Shown one piece after another: positions 1 through 10,470 of a stretch of 28,196 nucleotides of DNA. Made by a program: the position numbers and the translations under genes. How positions within the stretch are numbered: the first letter of the stretch is position 1; each line of letters begins with the position of its first letter. The notes below the pieces were generated by a model. It was not told the origin of the DNA and searched no databases. It saw only the letters and a list, made by a program, of their open reading frames with translations. The DNA is from Fidelibacterota bacterium (GTDB taxonomy: Bacteria > Fidelibacterota > Marinisomatia > Marinisomatales > TCS56): the NCBI GenBank assembly GCA_043822705.1, contig JBDRBK010000065.1:1-28196 (forward strand), written 5' to 3'.

Positions 1-138
1 CGTTTTGATGACAATGCCGCCGTTCTGTTGAATGCCGCCGGCGAACCGCGCGGTACCCGTATTTTCGGTCCGGTGGCTCGCGAATTACGGGAAGGCGGTT
101 ATATGAAAATCATATCGATGGCCCCGGAGGTATTGTAA
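1..138 (+). CDS. rplN: 50S ribosomal protein L14, 3' part (truncated by window edge)
   Basis: Frame 1 translates [45 protein letters not shown], the canonical L14 C-terminus; directly precedes rplX. Confidence 0.97.
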   Translation, partial: RFDDNAAVLLNAAGEPRGTRIFGPVARELREGGYMKIISMAPEVL

Positions 139-140
139 GG

Positions 141-449
141 ATGCATATCAGAAAAGGAATGCTGGTGCGCGTTATCAGCGGCAATGACCGCGGCAAGGAA
201 GGCCGGGTTTTGCGGGTTTATCCCAAGACCGGTCGGGTGATTGTCGAGGGCGTGAATTTCATTAAACGGGCGACGCGTCCGACGCAAACCAACCCCGGCG
301 GTGGATTTATTGAGAAAGAGGCGGCCGTAAATGCCTCCAATGTTATGCTGTTAGTCGGTGGACAAACCACACGGATCGGCTACAAAAAGCTGGAAGATGG
401 CAGCAAAGTAAGAATTGCAACTAAAACTGGTGAAGAGATCGAGTCGTAA
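141..449 (+). CDS. rplX: 50S ribosomal protein L24
   Basis: KOW motif (V-ISG-DRGKEG-V), [21 protein letters not shown]; spc operon position. Confidence 0.97.
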   Translation: MHIRKGMLVRVISGNDRGKEGRVLRVYPKTGRVIVEGVNFIKRATRPTQTNPGGGFIEKEAAVNASNVMLLVGGQTTRIGYKKLEDGSKVRIATKTGEEIES

Positions 450-451
450 TC

Positions 452-1192
452 ATGGCTGAGGAAAAGAAAAAGTCAACCGCAGGTACTGCGGAAGCCAAGC
501 CCAAGGCGGCCGCTCCGGCCAAGAAAGCTCCGGCGAAAAAAGCACCGGAGAAAAAAACCAAGGTTGTGGCCGCGGGCGCGACGCCCAAGACAGCCAAGGC
601 CGAACCGGGCGTTGCCTATGTGCCGACCTATAAGAAACTGTATCGGGAAAAAGTCGTACCGGCCATGACGGCGCGCTTCAACTACAAGAATGTGATGGAA
701 GTGCCGCGGCTGGAATTGATTTCCATAAATATGGGGATCGGCGATGCCAAGAATAATCCCAAGGCCCTGGAAAGCGCATTGTCCGAGCTGGGGGCAATCG
801 CCGGCCAGAAAGCCGTGACGACCGCATCCCGCAAGGACATTTCAAATTTCAAGGTTCGCAAAGGTTTTCCGGTGGGCTGCAAGGTAACCCTGCGGGCCAA
901 CCGGATGTACGAATTCCTGGAACGGATCATCTGCATCGCTTTTCCACGCTCCCGGGATTTTAACGGCCTGTCCTTCAAGTCGTTCGACCGGCGGGGTAAT
1001 TACTCGTTCGGGATCAAGGAACAGATCGTATTCACCGAAATAGATTATGATAAAATCGACAGTATCCGCGGAATGGATATCGCAATTTCAACAACGGCCC
1101 GGACGGACGAGGAAGCCTACTGGTTGTTGAAGGAATTCGGTTTTCCGCTACGTGAAAAACCTGTTAAGACAGAAGGTGCTGAGGCTGCTTAA
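452..1192 (+). CDS. rplE: 50S ribosomal protein L5 with a long K/A/P-rich N-terminal extension
   Basis: [56 protein letters not shown] motifs. Confidence 0.97.
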   Translation: MAEEKKKSTAGTAEAKPKAAAPAKKAPAKKAPEKKTKVVAAGATPKTAKAEPGVAYVPTYKKLYREKVVPAMTARFNYKNVMEVPRLELISINMGIGDAKNNPKALESALSELGAIAGQKAVTTASRKDISNFKVRKGFPVGCKVTLRANRMYEFLERIICIAFPRSRDFNGLSFKSFDRRGNYSFGIKEQIVFTEIDYDKIDSIRGMDIAISTTARTDEEAYWLLKEFGFPLREKPVKTEGAEAA

Positions 1193-1377
1193 TGGCAAAA
1201 AAATCTTTAATTGTAAAAGCTTCCAGACCGCCGAAATTCAAGGTCAGAGGCTATAACCGGTGTTTCAACTGCGGTCGTCCGGATGGTTTTCTGCGACGTT
1301 TCGGATTATGCCGAATCTGTTTTCGGGAAATGGCCCTGAAGGGTGAGATCCCGGGCGTAACCAAGGCCAGTTGGTAA
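1192..1377 (+). CDS. rpsN: 30S ribosomal protein S14, short zinc-binding (type Z) form
   Basis: 61 aa, RC-x2-CGR...[16 protein letters not shown]. Confidence 0.97.
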   Translation: MAKKSLIVKASRPPKFKVRGYNRCFNCGRPDGFLRRFGLCRICFREMALKGEIPGVTKASW

Positions 1378-1389
1378 GGAGAATTTCTG

Positions 1390-1788
1390 ATGTCAATGAC
1401 TGATCCAATCGCAGATTTATTAACACGGATACGAAATGGATTATCCGCCGGTAAACGGTGGGTGGATGTGCCTTCGTCCAATATGAAAAAACGTATTGCC
1501 TTCATCCTGAAGGAAGAACATTTCGTCGAAGATTTCATATTCGTGGCTGATGACAATCGTGAATTCATTCGTATCTTTTTAAAGTACGGTTACAACAAAC
1601 GTCCCGTGATCGCTGGAATTGAACGGGTGAGCAAGCCCGGACGGCGGGTCTATGTCGACAGCAATAACCTCCCGCGCGTACTGGACGGGCTGGGCATTGC
1701 GATACTGTCGACCTCCCGGGGTGTGATTTCCAATAAAACCGCCAAGAAGTTGAGCATCGGCGGCGAAGTATTATGCAACGTGTGGTAA
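1390..1788 (+). CDS. rpsH: 30S ribosomal protein S8
   Basis: MTDPIADLLTRIRN, RVSKPGRRVY, GLGIAILSTSRGV, GGEVLC-VW. Confidence 0.98.
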   Translation: MSMTDPIADLLTRIRNGLSAGKRWVDVPSSNMKKRIAFILKEEHFVEDFIFVADDNREFIRIFLKYGYNKRPVIAGIERVSKPGRRVYVDSNNLPRVLDGLGIAILSTSRGVISNKTAKKLSIGGEVLCNVW

Positions 1789-1792
1789 GGAT

Positions 1793-2335
1793 ATGTCACG
1801 AATAGGTAAAAAAGAAATTATCATTCCCGCCGGCGTCACGGTCGCGATAAATGATGCCGTTGCGACCGTAAAGGGTCCCAAGGGTACCCTGACCGTCGCC
1901 ATTCACCCGGAAATCAGCGTCAAGCAGAATAATGGCAGCCTGGTTGTCGAACGTCCTTCCGATAATCGCAAGCACCGTGCCCTGCACGGTACAATGCGGA
2001 TGCTGGTGGCCAATGCCATTTCCGGCGTTTCCGAGGGCTATGTGCGCGAATTACGGATCATCGGCGTCGGTTATCAGGCCCAAATGCAGGGTAGCCTGCT
2101 GGTAATGCAGCTTGGTTATTCGCACGCCATCTATTTTGAACCGCCCGTCGGGATCGAGATCGAAGCCAAACGTACCGAGATCAAGATATCGGGTATCGAC
2201 AAGCAGTTGGTCGGCGAAGTCGCCGCCAAGATCAGATCATTCCGCAAGCCCGAACCCTACAAGGGCAAGGGCATCCGGTACGTGGATGAATATGTACGCA
2301 GTAAACAAGGTAAGACCGTCGGAGGCTCCAAGTGA
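1793..2335 (+). CDS. rplF: 50S ribosomal protein L6
   Basis: MSRIGK, VKGPKG-L, GVGY, LGYSH, R-PEPYKGKGIRY. Confidence 0.98.
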   Translation: MSRIGKKEIIIPAGVTVAINDAVATVKGPKGTLTVAIHPEISVKQNNGSLVVERPSDNRKHRALHGTMRMLVANAISGVSEGYVRELRIIGVGYQAQMQGSLLVMQLGYSHAIYFEPPVGIEIEAKRTEIKISGIDKQLVGEVAAKIRSFRKPEPYKGKGIRYVDEYVRSKQGKTVGGSK

Positions 2336-2703
2336 GCAAACTAACCAAAGAAGCGCTTCGTTTTCAGCGTCGCCGCAATCGTAGCAAAAGAAGTCTTAAC
2401 AGCGACCTGACCAGACCGCGACTGGTGGTATTCCGCAGCGCGCGGCATATTTACGGTCAGATCATCGACGACCTCAAAGGTCAGACCCTGGCAGCTTGTT
2501 CAACAGTTGAAAAAAGCGTGCAGGAGCAGATTCAGACAGCCCACTCCAAGATTGAAAAGAGTCAACTGGTAGGCCAGGAACTGGCTAAGCGGGCGTTGGC
2601 AAAAAATATTAAAGACATAATTTTCGACCGCAACGGATTCATCTATCACGGACGCGTCAAAGCGTTCGCCGATGGGGCCCGTGAAGGCGGCTTGAATTTC
2701 TAG
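2332..2703 (+). CDS. rplR: 50S ribosomal protein L18 (GTG start overlapping the rplF stop)
   Basis: RPRLVVFRS-RHIY-QIIDD, FDRNGF-YHGRVKA-ADGAREGGL-F. Confidence 0.97.
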   Translation: MSKLTKEALRFQRRRNRSKRSLNSDLTRPRLVVFRSARHIYGQIIDDLKGQTLAACSTVEKSVQEQIQTAHSKIEKSQLVGQELAKRALAKNIKDIIFDRNGFIYHGRVKAFADGAREGGLNF

Positions 2704-2720
2704 TTGCAAGGAGTTCAGTC

Positions 2721-3224
2721 TTGGCGATTATCAATCCAGCAGAATTAGATCTTAGAGAAGAATCAGTTGTCAAAATCCGACGGGTCGCAAAAGTCAATGC
2801 CCGCGGGAAGCGTTTCCGTTTCTCCGCCATGGCTGTTGTCGGTGATGGCAAGGGTCATGTCGGTATCGGAATCGGCAAGGCCGGTGAAGTCATCACGTCG
2901 ATCAATAAAGCCAAGGAAAAGGCCAAACAGTCCATTTTCAAGGTGCCGGTCATCAATGGTACGATTCCGCATAAAATCATCGGTCGCTACGGCGCCAGCA
3001 AGGTTCTGCTCAAACCCGCCAGCCAGGGAACCGGCATCATCGCCGGCGCGCCGGTGCGGATGGTAATGGAGCAGGTCGGCGTCAATGATATCCTGACCAA
3101 ATGTCTGGGTTCGAACAATTCGATGAATGTCGTAAAGGCTACGATTAACGCTCTTGAAAACCTGCACGATGCGGTATCGGTCGCCAACCGCCGTGGAATA
3201 ACCATTACCGAAATTTTTAAATAA
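2721..3224 (+). CDS. rpsE: 30S ribosomal protein S5 (TTG start, AAGGAG SD)
   Basis: [40 protein letters not shown]. Confidence 0.97.
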   Translation: MAIINPAELDLREESVVKIRRVAKVNARGKRFRFSAMAVVGDGKGHVGIGIGKAGEVITSINKAKEKAKQSIFKVPVINGTIPHKIIGRYGASKVLLKPASQGTGIIAGAPVRMVMEQVGVNDILTKCLGSNNSMNVVKATINALENLHDAVSVANRRGITITEIFK

Positions 3225-3226
3225 TC

Positions 3227-3424
3227 ATGGCAAAAGTAAAATCGAAAATATTACGGATTACTCAAACTCGCAGCCGCATCGGATATAAGCCGAAAGCGAA
3301 GCGGACACTGGATGCCCTCGGTTTACACCGGATGCACCAGACTGTCGAGCTGGAAGACTGCGCAACCCTCCGCGGCATGATAAAAGTAGTCGAATTTTTA
3401 GTGAAAGTTGAGGAAGCGGCATGA
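3227..3424 (+). CDS. rpmD: 50S ribosomal protein L30
   Basis: [28 protein letters not shown]; between rpsE and rplO. Confidence 0.95.
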   Translation: MAKVKSKILRITQTRSRIGYKPKAKRTLDALGLHRMHQTVELEDCATLRGMIKVVEFLVKVEEAA

Positions 3425-3861
3425 AGTTAGGGGAATTGAGACCGGCTGAAGGCTCCACGAAGAATACTAAACGACTGGGCCGCGGTCACGGTTCGGGTAC
3501 GGGTAAAACCTCCGGTCGCGGCCACAAGGGTGCCGGCAGTCGCAGTGGCAGCAAGAGCCGTTCCTGGTTCGAGGGCGGTCAGATGGCCCTCCAGCGCCGT
3601 CTGCCCAAACGCGGTTTTTCCAATTATCCTTTCCGGCGGGAAATACAGATTATCAACATTGACGCCATCGCCAGTCTGGATGTGGCCGAGGTGAATCTGG
3701 TGGTAATGCTGGAGCAGGGAATGATCAGGAATGCCGACACTCCGGTCAAGGTGCTGGGAAATGGCGAAATCACCAAACCGGTGGAAGTATCGGCTCATGC
3801 ATTCAGTAAATCGGCAGTAGCGAAAATCGAAAAAGCGGGAGGCAGCGTTACGTTCCTGTGA
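3421..3861 (+). CDS. rplO: 50S ribosomal protein L15
   Basis: RLGRG-GSG-GKTSGRGHKG, FEGGQM-L-RRLPKRGF, VKVLG-G, A--KIEKAGG. Confidence 0.98.
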   Translation: MKLGELRPAEGSTKNTKRLGRGHGSGTGKTSGRGHKGAGSRSGSKSRSWFEGGQMALQRRLPKRGFSNYPFRREIQIINIDAIASLDVAEVNLVVMLEQGMIRNADTPVKVLGNGEITKPVEVSAHAFSKSAVAKIEKAGGSVTFL

Positions 3862-5195
3862 TTGACAAATTTAGAAATATTTTCAAAATACCTGAATTAC
3901 GCAAGCGGATTATATTCACCCTCGGAATTCTGATCGTCGTCCGGATCGGCGCCCATATCCCGATACCAGGCATCAACGGGGAAGCGTTGGGGTCGGCCAT
4001 CAAGAATTTCCAGAACACGCTGTTCGGATTATACGATATGTTTGCCGGCGGCGCGTTTCAGAAAGCCACCCTGTTCGCACTGGGAATCATGCCTTACATT
4101 ACGGCCTCGATCGTCATTCAGTTGATGAGTTCGGTGGTGCCCTATTTCCAGCGCCTGGACAAGGAAGGTGAAGAGGGCCGTAAGAAAAAGACTCAGCTTA
4201 CCCGTTACGGAACGGTTCTGATCGCGCTGATGCAATCCTATGGCATCACGATTTTTCTGGAATCGTTGACCGCCAATGTGGGCGGCGCCACCGTGGCGGT
4301 GGTGCCCTTCCCGGGGATCGGTTTCAAATTCGTCGCCATGCTGTGTATGATAACCGGCGTCGTACTGATAATGTGGCTGGGCGAGCGGATGACCGAGCGG
4401 GGAATTGGCAATGGCATATCGATGATTATCATGATTGGTATCGTGGCCCGGCTGCCCAATGTTATCATCGGTGAAATCTCCCTGTTGCAGGAAGGCGTGC
4501 GTGGTCCGCTGCAGGAGCTGATTCTGTTGGCGCTGATGTTTGTCATTGTTGGTTTCGTGGTCTTGCTGACCCAGGGCGTCCGCCGGATTCCGGTGCAGTA
4601 CGCCAAGCGTGTCGTCGGTCGTAAAGTCTACGGCGGGCAGGCCACCCACATCCCGCTGCGGGTCAACACCTCCGGTGTCATGCCGATCATTTTCGCCAGT
4701 TCAATCATGATGATTCCCAGTACGATCGCCACTTTTTTCAGTGAGAGCGAAATGATGCAGGGGATGATACGGGTGTTTTCGGTAACGCACTGGTTCTACT
4801 GGCTGATCTTCGGCTCGATGATCATCTTTTTCACCTATTTTTACACTGCCATAGCTTTCGATCCGGTGCAGGTTTCCAACCAGATGAAACAGCACGGCGG
4901 TTTTATCCCCGGTATTCGTCCGGGTAAAAAGACTTCGGAATACATCGACAATATTCTTACCAGAGTCACGCTGCCGGGTTCATTCTTCCTGGCCTTTATC
5001 GCAGTATTCCCCTATTTTCTGATGAATATCATGGATATCGGCTACGACCTGGCGTCGTTTTTCGGTGGCACCAGTCTGCTGATTATCGTCGGTGTTGCCC
5101 TCGATACACTACAGCAGGTCGAATCCCATTTGATGATGCGCCACTACGATGGTTTTCTGTCCAAGGGTAAATTACGCGGTCGGAGAAGGATGTAA
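3858..5195 (+). CDS. secY: Preprotein translocase subunit SecY
   Basis: LFALGIMPYITASI, WLGE--T-RGIGNG-S, RRIPVQYAKR, GV-PIIFA, FIPGIRPG, FGGTSLLI-VGV; multiple hydrophobic segments. Confidence 0.99.
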   Translation: MIDKFRNIFKIPELRKRIIFTLGILIVVRIGAHIPIPGINGEALGSAIKNFQNTLFGLYDMFAGGAFQKATLFALGIMPYITASIVIQLMSSVVPYFQRLDKEGEEGRKKKTQLTRYGTVLIALMQSYGITIFLESLTANVGGATVAVVPFPGIGFKFVAMLCMITGVVLIMWLGERMTERGIGNGISMIIMIGIVARLPNVIIGEISLLQEGVRGPLQELILLALMFVIVGFVVLLTQGVRRIPVQYAKRVVGRKVYGGQATHIPLRVNTSGVMPIIFASSIMMIPSTIATFFSESEMMQGMIRVFSVTHWFYWLIFGSMIIFFTYFYTAIAFDPVQVSNQMKQHGGFIPGIRPGKKTSEYIDNILTRVTLPGSFFLAFIAVFPYFLMNIMDIGYDLASFFGGTSLLIIVGVALDTLQQVESHLMMRHYDGFLSKGKLRGRRRM

Positions 5196-5957
5196 ATGGT
5201 CCGGATCCGCACCGAGAAAGAAATTGAAATGATCCGCGAAAGCAGTCAGATCGTAGCCGAAACGCTGGACATGCTGGCCGAATATATCCGGCCCGGCGTA
5301 AAAACGGCTGAGCTGGACCGGCGCGCGGAAGAATTCATTGTTTCCCGGGGCGGCCGACCGGCCTTTAAAGGCTATATGGGATTTCCGGCTTCACTGTGTA
5401 TTTCCATCGATGATGTTGTCGTCCATGGTATTCCGGGCGCTGCAGAGTTGCAGACAGGACAAATCGTCGGTATCGATTGTGGTGTCGAAAAGAACAATTA
5501 TTACGGTGATGCGGCCCGGACTTTTGCCGTCGGTGAAATCGATTCGGCCAACCAGAAATTGATGGATGTTACCCACGATGCTCTGATGCTGGGGATTAAG
5601 GCGGCTCGCAGCGGAAACTATGTTTCCGATATCGGCTATGCCATCCAGTCGCATGTGGAATCATTTGGTTATTCGGTGGTGCGGGAACTGGTCGGCCACG
5701 GTGTCGGAACCGAGCTGCACGAGGAACCGCAGGTGCCCAATTACGGTTTTCCGAAACAGGGTTACCGCTTGCGTCCCGGGATGTGTCTGGCGATCGAGCC
5801 GATGATCAATCGCGGCGCCAAGGAAGTATTTACCGACAAGGATGGCTGGACGGTCCGGACGCTGGACGGTCAGAATTCAGCACATTTTGAACATACCGTT
5901 GCCATCAGCGAAAATGGCGCCATGATTCTCACTAAAAGGATGGCCGCCAATGGCTAA
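5196..5957 (+). CDS. map: Methionine aminopeptidase, type I
   Basis: [44 protein letters not shown] metal ligands. Confidence 0.98.
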   Translation: MVRIRTEKEIEMIRESSQIVAETLDMLAEYIRPGVKTAELDRRAEEFIVSRGGRPAFKGYMGFPASLCISIDDVVVHGIPGAAELQTGQIVGIDCGVEKNNYYGDAARTFAVGEIDSANQKLMDVTHDALMLGIKAARSGNYVSDIGYAIQSHVESFGYSVVRELVGHGVGTELHEEPQVPNYGFPKQGYRLRPGMCLAIEPMINRGAKEVFTDKDGWTVRTLDGQNSAHFEHTVAISENGAMILTKRMAANG

Positions 5958-6177
5958 AGAAAAACCAATTACCGTTGATGGTATCATTAAGGAAACCTTA
6001 CCGAACGCCATGTTCCGTGTGGAAATCGATATCGGTGGCAAGAAACATGAAATTCTGGCCCATGTCAGCGGGAAAATGCGGATGCATTTCATCAAGATTT
6101 TACCCGGCGATAAGGTGACGCTGGAAATATCACCCTACGATTTGAGTCGTGGTAGAATAACGTACCGTCAGAAATAG
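5950..6177 (+). CDS. infA: Translation initiation factor IF-1
   Basis: [37 protein letters not shown]. Confidence 0.98.
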   Translation: MAKEKPITVDGIIKETLPNAMFRVEIDIGGKKHEILAHVSGKMRMHFIKILPGDKVTLEISPYDLSRGRITYRQK

Positions 6178-6184
6178 AGGAAAA

Positions 6185-6298
6185 ATGAAAGTTCGTCCTT
6201 CAGTCAAGAAAATTTGTTCAAAATGTAAAATCATCAGACGGCACGGTAAAGTACTGGTGATTTGTACAAATCCAAAACATAAACAGAGACAGGGATAG
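6185..6298 (+). CDS. rpmJ: 50S ribosomal protein L36 (not in the supplied ORF track)
   Basis: Manual translation [37 protein letters not shown]; zinc-ribbon C/C/C/H; GAGG SD. Confidence 0.97.
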   Translation: MKVRPSVKKICSKCKIIRRHGKVLVICTNPKHKQRQG

Positions 6299-6307
6299 GA
6301 GTTTAAT

Positions 6308-6700
6308 GTGGCTCGTATAGTTGGTGTTGATATCCCTCGTGATAAAAAAATCGCCTACTCACTATGCTATATTTACGGCATCGGATTATCGAACGCCCTG
6401 AACACCTGCGCCGACGCTGGTGTTGACCCCGATATTCGGGTCAAGGACCTGAACGAAGAACAGGTCGCGGCAATTCGTGATTCCATTTCAAAATTAGGTT
6501 ACAAAGTCGAAGGTGAACTGCGGGCCGATATAGCCATGAATATCAAACGGCTGAAAGATATCGGCAGCTATCGCGGCTTGCGCCATCGTCGAAGTATGCC
6601 GGTTCGCGGACAACGGACCAAAACCAATGCCCGGACCCGCAAAGGCCGGAAGCGTACGGTCGGGTTAGGCAAACGTGGACCTGCAGGCAAGAAAGGGTAA
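6308..6700 (+). CDS. rpsM: 30S ribosomal protein S13 (GTG start)
   Basis: [38 protein letters not shown]. Confidence 0.98.
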   Translation: MARIVGVDIPRDKKIAYSLCYIYGIGLSNALNTCADAGVDPDIRVKDLNEEQVAAIRDSISKLGYKVEGELRADIAMNIKRLKDIGSYRGLRHRRSMPVRGQRTKTNARTRKGRKRTVGLGKRGPAGKKG

Positions 6701-6704
6701 TTAA

Positions 6705-7094
6705 TTGGCTAAAGATATCAAGCGCAAAAAGAAGAAGAAAGGTTCGGTAGAACCTGTCGGCGTTGCTCATATCAAGGCAACCTATAACAACACGCATATT
6801 TCATTGACCGATCGCTACGGCAACGTGATCACCTGGGCTACCGCCGGTACTTCCGGTTTCAAGGGCTCCCGGAAGAATACTGCCTATGCAGCATCCCAGG
6901 CAGCCGCCAAAGCCGCCAAGGAAGCCATGACCATAGGATTGAAATCAGTGGAAGTGCGCGTCAAAGGTCCCGGTGCCGGACGTGAATCGGCCATCCGTAC
7001 CTTGGCTGTGACCGGGTTGGAAATAACCGCTATCCGGGATGTAACCCCCTTGCCGCATAATGGTTGCAGACCCCCGAAAAGACGTAGAGTTTAA
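6705..7094 (+). CDS. rpsK: 30S ribosomal protein S11 (TTG start)
   Basis: [50 protein letters not shown]. Confidence 0.98.
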   Translation: MAKDIKRKKKKKGSVEPVGVAHIKATYNNTHISLTDRYGNVITWATAGTSGFKGSRKNTAYAASQAAAKAAKEAMTIGLKSVEVRVKGPGAGRESAIRTLAVTGLEITAIRDVTPLPHNGCRPPKRRRV

Positions 7095-7108
7095 TAGGAT
7101 AAACAAGA

Positions 7109-7738
7109 ATGGCACGGTATCGAGATTCAGTATGCAAATTATGCCGCCGAGAGGGCGAGAAGCTCTTCTTGAAAGGTAACCGTTGTATTTCGACAAAATG
7201 TTCTTTTGACCGCAAATCTTATGTACCGGGACAGCACGGACAGATCAAACGCCGGCGGTTGTCCAACTACGGTATGCAGTTACGTGAGAAACAAAAGATC
7301 AAACGGATGTACGGAGTGCTGGAAAAGCAGTTCCGGATCTATTTTCATAAGGCCGACCTGATGAAGGGTGAAACCGGCACCAACCTGATGCAAATGCTGG
7401 AACGGCGACTGGACAATATCGTCTATCGCCTCGGTTTCGCTGCTTCGCATGCCGGTGCCCGCCAACTGGTGACGCATCGTCATTTCATGGTGAACGGCCG
7501 GGTGGTGAATATCCCTTCTTACATGGTCAGTCCCGGGGATGTGATCCAGGTTAGGGAACGCAGTCGCAAGATGGATGCGATACTTGACTCAATTCGCCGG
7601 ATAAAGGGTGATCTGGATTTATCCTGGCTGGAAATTGACAAGGCCAAGATGAAAGGTACTTTCATCGCCATTCCGGATCGGGACCAGATGAAGATTGAAG
7701 TAAACGAACGGTTAGTGGTCGAGTTGTACTCCAAGTAA
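7109..7738 (+). CDS. rpsD: 30S ribosomal protein S4
   Basis: MARY---CK-CRREG-KL-LKG, PGQHG, QLREKQK, LE-RLDN-VYR-GF, ARQLV-H, VVE-YSK. Confidence 0.98.
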   Translation: MARYRDSVCKLCRREGEKLFLKGNRCISTKCSFDRKSYVPGQHGQIKRRRLSNYGMQLREKQKIKRMYGVLEKQFRIYFHKADLMKGETGTNLMQMLERRLDNIVYRLGFAASHAGARQLVTHRHFMVNGRVVNIPSYMVSPGDVIQVRERSRKMDAILDSIRRIKGDLDLSWLEIDKAKMKGTFIAIPDRDQMKIEVNERLVVELYSK

Positions 7739-7763
7739 TCAATAAAAAAAGCATGGGATATAT

Positions 7764-8744
7764 TTGTCTATGACAACAGATTCAAACTTAAAAATCTCTG
7801 TCGTTGAGCGTGAACAGTCTGCTACTTACGGGAAGTTCGTTATTCAACCGCTGGAACGTGGATTCGGCGTTACGATCGGCAATGCACTGCGACGGGTACT
7901 GTTAACCAGCGTGCCTGGTGCCGCCATCACCTCGATGAAAATCGAAGGCGTGCTGCATGAATTCTCAACCATCAAGGGCGTGAAGGAAGATGTGGCTGAC
8001 ATCATCATGAATTTGAAAGGTGTCCGCTTCAAAATCACCGACAGCGTTCCGGAAAAAGTTGATATCGTTCTGGAAGGTCCGACGACCTTCACCGCCAACG
8101 ACATCCAACTGGCCAGTGACCAGTATGAGATACTCAACAAAGACCACTATATCACCGATGTTTCGGCCGAAACCAGGATCGAGATCGAACTGCGGATCGG
8201 GATCGGCAAGGGTTACGTCCCAGCCGAAGAAAATGAACCGGCCAATGCACCGATCGGAACGATCGCCATTGACAGTATTTTCAATCCCGTGACCAAGGTG
8301 ACTTTCGACGTCCAGCCGGTACCCGGCGCCAAGGATCCGATCGAGATGCTGACGATTGACGTTACCACCGATGGTTCAATCCTGCCCAAGGATGTGCTGA
8401 GCTATTCGGCCAAGGTGCTGATCGATCATTTCCGGATCGTCGAAAGCATCAGCAAGCCCAAGGTGCTGGAAGTGACCGAAGGCGTCAGTGACGAAGTCCT
8501 GAAAATCCGCAATCTGCTGAACTCCACCATCGACGAGATGGAACTGTCGGTGCGCAGTCACAACTGTCTGCAGGCCGCCGGAATCAAATACATCTATGAG
8601 CTGGTCAATAAAGAAGAAAACGCCATGCTCAAGTATAAGAATTTCGGCCGTAAATCGCTGACCGAACTGGTCGAAAAACTGGACGAGATGGGTTTACAGT
8701 TTGGGATGGACGTTGATAAATATTTAAATGAAGAACCGGTGTAG
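7764..8744 (+). CDS. rpoA: RNA polymerase subunit alpha (alternative ATG start at 7770)
   Basis: PLERGFG-TIGNALRRVLL, HEFSTI-GVKEDV--II-NLK, GKGYVPA, alpha-CTD ELSVRS-NCL and NFGRKSL. Confidence 0.98.
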   Translation: MSMTTDSNLKISVVEREQSATYGKFVIQPLERGFGVTIGNALRRVLLTSVPGAAITSMKIEGVLHEFSTIKGVKEDVADIIMNLKGVRFKITDSVPEKVDIVLEGPTTFTANDIQLASDQYEILNKDHYITDVSAETRIEIELRIGIGKGYVPAEENEPANAPIGTIAIDSIFNPVTKVTFDVQPVPGAKDPIEMLTIDVTTDGSILPKDVLSYSAKVLIDHFRIVESISKPKVLEVTEGVSDEVLKIRNLLNSTIDEMELSVRSHNCLQAAGIKYIYELVNKEENAMLKYKNFGRKSLTELVEKLDEMGLQFGMDVDKYLNEEPV

Positions 8745-8750
8745 GGAATC

Positions 8751-9197
8751 ATGAGGAAACAAGTATCTGGACGAAAATTGGGACGGAAAACGGCACACCG
8801 GAAAGCTATGTTGTCGAATATGGCGGCGTCGCTGATTACCCATAAGAAAATCAAGACGACCGATGCTCGTGCCAAGGAACTGCGGATGTTCATCGAACCG
8901 CTGATTACCTTTGCCAAAAGGGGCGACATGCACGCCCGGCGCCAGGTCCTGAAAAAAATTCGCCAGAAGGATATTGTGGCGACTATGTTCAAGGACGTCG
9001 CTCCGGTCTATGCCGACCGCAACGGTGGTTATACCCGGATAATCAAGCTCGGATTCCGCGATAACGACCGGGCCGCCATCAGTCAGATCGAACTGATCGA
9101 CATGGTTGGGTTGGATACTTCCGGCAAGGATAAAAAAGAAAAAAAGGCCAAGAAGACCGCAGCCGCAGCCGCTGAATCCACTGAGAATGCCAAATAA
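8751..9197 (+). CDS. rplQ: 50S ribosomal protein L17
   Basis: GRKLGR--AHRKA---N, I-TT--RAKE, R-GGYTRI-K-G-R-D-A; short K/A-rich tail. Confidence 0.97.
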   Translation: MRKQVSGRKLGRKTAHRKAMLSNMAASLITHKKIKTTDARAKELRMFIEPLITFAKRGDMHARRQVLKKIRQKDIVATMFKDVAPVYADRNGGYTRIIKLGFRDNDRAAISQIELIDMVGLDTSGKDKKEKKAKKTAAAAAESTENAK

Positions 9198-9217
9198 CCC
9201 ACTTCCAAATTGATTTC

Positions 9218-10402
9218 TTGAAGGGAATTGGGAAATATATTGTAAGGGCGACCGTCGCGGTCGCCCTTGTTTTTATCGGTAATTTATACGGGCAGGATGA
9301 GGCCGTTCAGTCCTTCGACCAGCGCTGCCTGTGGGTCGTACGCAGCAATATCACCAATGTCGATCTGGTCGACAATCTGATCAAATTCGCCCAGCTCAAC
9401 CGGTTCAATAATCTGATAGTACAGGTCCGGGGACGGGGCGATGCCCTGTACAATTCCGAATTCGTATCCAAATCGATTTTACTGCAGGATCCTGCTTTCG
9501 ATCCGCTGGACTACCTGATCAAAAAGGCCCATGCCAGCGGAATCATGGTCCATGCCTGGGTCAACGTCTATCTGGTCTGGTCGGATAAGCGTTTGCCCGA
9601 TGACAAAACGCACATCCTGAACCGGCATCCCGACTGGCTGGACATTACCGAAGCCGGGCGCGTCCAGCCCGGCGAGCTGGTACAGAACATGGATGAACTG
9701 CGCGAAGGTCACGAGGGACTTTATCTTTCACCGGGCCATCCCGACGTTCCGGACTACCTGCTGAAGGTGTTCGAGGAAATCATATCCAAGTATGATATAG
9801 ACGGGCTGCATCTGGATTACATCCGTTACCAGGATGCCGATTTCGGCCGGAATCCCGTAGCGCGGCGAATTTACGAACAGTACAACGGCATCGATCCGCT
9901 GGTACTGCTGTCCAACCAGGCGGAATGGAGCGGTAATGACCGGCAATTTGCCAGCCGCCTAAAAAAATGGAGCGATTACCGCCGTTACCTGATAACCGAT
10001 CTGATCAAACAGACCCATTTGCTGGTGGAAAATATCCGCCCGGATTGCATTCTTTCGGCGGCGGTGAAACCGAACCTTTACCAGGCCCGCGACCAGTTTT
10101 TCCAGGAATGGGATGTCTGGCTGGCCGCCGGCTATCTGGATTGGGTGTTCCCGATGAACTATACCAGGGAAATTTCCGATTTCGCCAACAATATCGAGAT
10201 AATCTATGACAACCTGCCACCCAAGTACCGCGATCGCATCATCATGGGAATCGCCACCTATAATCAGGATGCGGCCGATGTCGTCGATAAATTGCACTAT
10301 AGCCGGATCACGCGTTTCAAAGGCATTTGCCTGTTCTCTTATAACACCTTCGATTTGAATCCTGCTTACGCCCGCCCGGTTTTCCTCGAAATCAATAAAT
10401 AA
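9218..10402 (+). CDS. Secreted glycoside hydrolase family 10-like (GHL10; YddW/DigH-like) protein
   Basis: N-terminal hydrophobic signal; QVRGRGDALY, DPL--LI--AH--GI-VHAW-N, YDIDGLHLDYIRY, Q-W--W---G-LD---PM-Y motifs; TTG start is uncertain. Confidence 0.82.
   Translation: MKGIGKYIVRATVAVALVFIGNLYGQDEAVQSFDQRCLWVVRSNITNVDLVDNLIKFAQLNRFNNLIVQVRGRGDALYNSEFVSKSILLQDPAFDPLDYLIKKAHASGIMVHAWVNVYLVWSDKRLPDDKTHILNRHPDWLDITEAGRVQPGELVQNMDELREGHEGLYLSPGHPDVPDYLLKVFEEIISKYDIDGLHLDYIRYQDADFGRNPVARRIYEQYNGIDPLVLLSNQAEWSGNDRQFASRLKKWSDYRRYLITDLIKQTHLLVENIRPDCILSAAVKPNLYQARDQFFQEWDVWLAAGYLDWVFPMNYTREISDFANNIEIIYDNLPPKYRDRIIMGIATYNQDAADVVDKLHYSRITRFKGICLFSYNTFDLNPAYARPVFLEINK
9244..9274 (+). terminator. Probable intrinsic terminator of the ribosomal operon, lying inside the 5' end of the next ORF
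   Basis: Perfect 11-bp inverted repeat AAGGGCGACCG-TCG-CGGTCGCCCTT followed by GTTTTT, 46 nt after the rplQ stop. Confidence 0.65.
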
Positions 10403-10408
10403 GCCTGC

Positions 10409-10437
10409 TTGCCACTTCAGTCGGCGGGCAATAAATT
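10409..10437 (+). promoter_or_regulatory. Candidate sigma70-type promoter for hutUI
   Basis: TTGCCA (10409-10414), 17-nt spacer, TAAATT (10432-10437), 33 nt upstream of the hutU ATG. Confidence 0.45.
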
Positions 10438-10470
10438 TGACCTCTAAACTCCTATCGAAGGAACCATTTT

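Noticed and set aside
5190..5200. Absence of adk between secY and map
   Set aside because: A known lineage-level gene-order variant (for example in Bacteroidota and relatives), not a lesion.
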